DNA from: Hydrolagus colliei
Taxonomy: Eukaryota
Length of the DNA stretch: 64,000 bases
Assembly: GCA_035084275.1 (NCBI GenBank)
Contig: CM068743.1
Coordinates: forward strand, 51,398,001-51,462,000
Direction: 5' to 3'
Numbering within the stretch: position 1 is the stretch's first letter; every line of letters begins with the position of its first letter. Shown in pieces: positions 62,683 through 64,000 of this stretch. A program made the position numbers and the translations under genes. The notes under the pieces are model-generated. The model did not search any database and was not told where the DNA came from. It saw only the letters and a program-made list of their open reading frames with translations.

Positions 62683-64000
62683 CTGATTCAAGTCACCAAC
62701 CCCTCTCTCACAACATAGTTTGGACCAAAATGTGTTTGCTACATAACAAACTTGAATATGGAGCGATTTCGTGCAGGGTACATGTTGTTAACTCCAAAAG
62801 AGACAAACATTTCTATTATGTTAACCCATTCTTCACAGACTCTCAGAGCCTTTCTGTGTGATTGGGTACATGTTGTATCCTCCATTACCTCACAGTAACC
62901 GTTGTTGGGTTTTGTCAATGTGCTTTCCTCCTCCATAAACCCCAAAGCAAAACGAGCAACAGACATTGAATAATAGATATTGTGAGGAACTGTAAGCGTC
63001 ATTATTTCAACTCGTGTAGTCTGTTGGAATATTTTGTAAGGTCTGTAAGAATAAATCTGTTTTAGTAAGCGAGGGAGACAGCAATATGATTTTGTGAATA
63101 TCGGAATGGTGTTAGACCGAATGAAACTGTCCAAATGCTACATATAAAGAAATAAATTATGTCACCGGCGTTATTTAAGGTGTTTTTTTAATTATTATTT
63201 TATACATGTATCCTCCATAGAGTTATGGTACCGGAATCAGTATAGCAAATGTTCAAGGAGAGATTTCAGGCGAGTTGTATATTTAACAATCTTGGTACAG
63301 TCCAAACTGTGACGAAACCATACAAATCATTGGTAAGGTTTGTGTATATTTCTGTGGATATTTCAGTGTACTATGTGCAGTGCCAAATGTTGCAAAAGCA
63401 AAAGACATGAGCTGCAGTGTAAAAGAAAGCCCGTGAATTTAAATAAAATGTTAATTCAAGGAACATCACAGTTCTTATGTGTACGATTTACTTCGTGTCA
63501 GGATTTCACAAAAACGGTGATGTCTTCTACTTCAAAACGTGACTATGCATTTCAATGCATTATATTTTTGTTTATATTTTATTTTCAAAATAAAAGCAGC
63601 TCTAAAATTCGGCTGCAACATATCTTGCGTGATTCTGAAGAATAAATGGGTGAAAGAGGATGAGTTACTGCCTGGATCCACAATTCGTCTTTTGCAGCTT
63701 TCCACATCAATTTCTACGTCACCAAGTCGTAAATAATGCAGTAAAATGTGAAGCGATTAAATAATAAGTGATCTATGTGGTGAAGAGCACAGCCTTTTAT
63801 AGCCCCGAATGTTATATTTGCAATCCTAGAATACAGTATAATTGACTTGCTTTCCTATGTAGATAATCGTTGTATCCTGTTGTGTTTTCTCACACAATCA
63901 AACATTTAGAGTAGTGATGACTTTCAAATAAAAAGATACACAAAATCAAGAACTTGGATCATCTTGCCTTTTATTGCTCATATATAGATTGTCATATAAA

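Overview
This window is the central part of a jawed-vertebrate HoxA cluster, with all genes on the + strand in canonical order: hoxa11, hoxa10, mir-196, hoxa9, hoxa7, hoxa6, hoxa5, hoxa4. Each gene has two exons with a phase-1 GT-AG intron just upstream of the homeobox. Intact hoxa6 and hoxa7 plus fish-like protein sequences suggest a non-teleost ray-finned fish such as gar or bowfin (inference, not established). hoxa9 as assembled carries four single-base indels in or next to C/G runs, so it is either an assembly error or a very young pseudogene. The non-coding DNA contains recognisable Hox cis-elements: a DR5 RARE 2.9 kb upstream of hoxa4, HB-1-like intron elements, the 7-6 and 5-4 conserved blocks, CTCF-like sites, and clustered miR-196 target sites. 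The most notable observations are (i) an 18-codon uORF whose stop overlaps the hoxa4 start codon (TAATG), with further uORFs in the hoxa11, hoxa10 and hoxa6 leaders, which together hint at cluster-wide uORF translational control; (ii) a possible fossil of the lost HoxA8 gene between hoxa9 and hoxa7; and (iii) pairs of miR-196 sites just distal to AATAAA signals in two 3'UTRs. Cross-species comparisons are from memory and need alignment to confirm.
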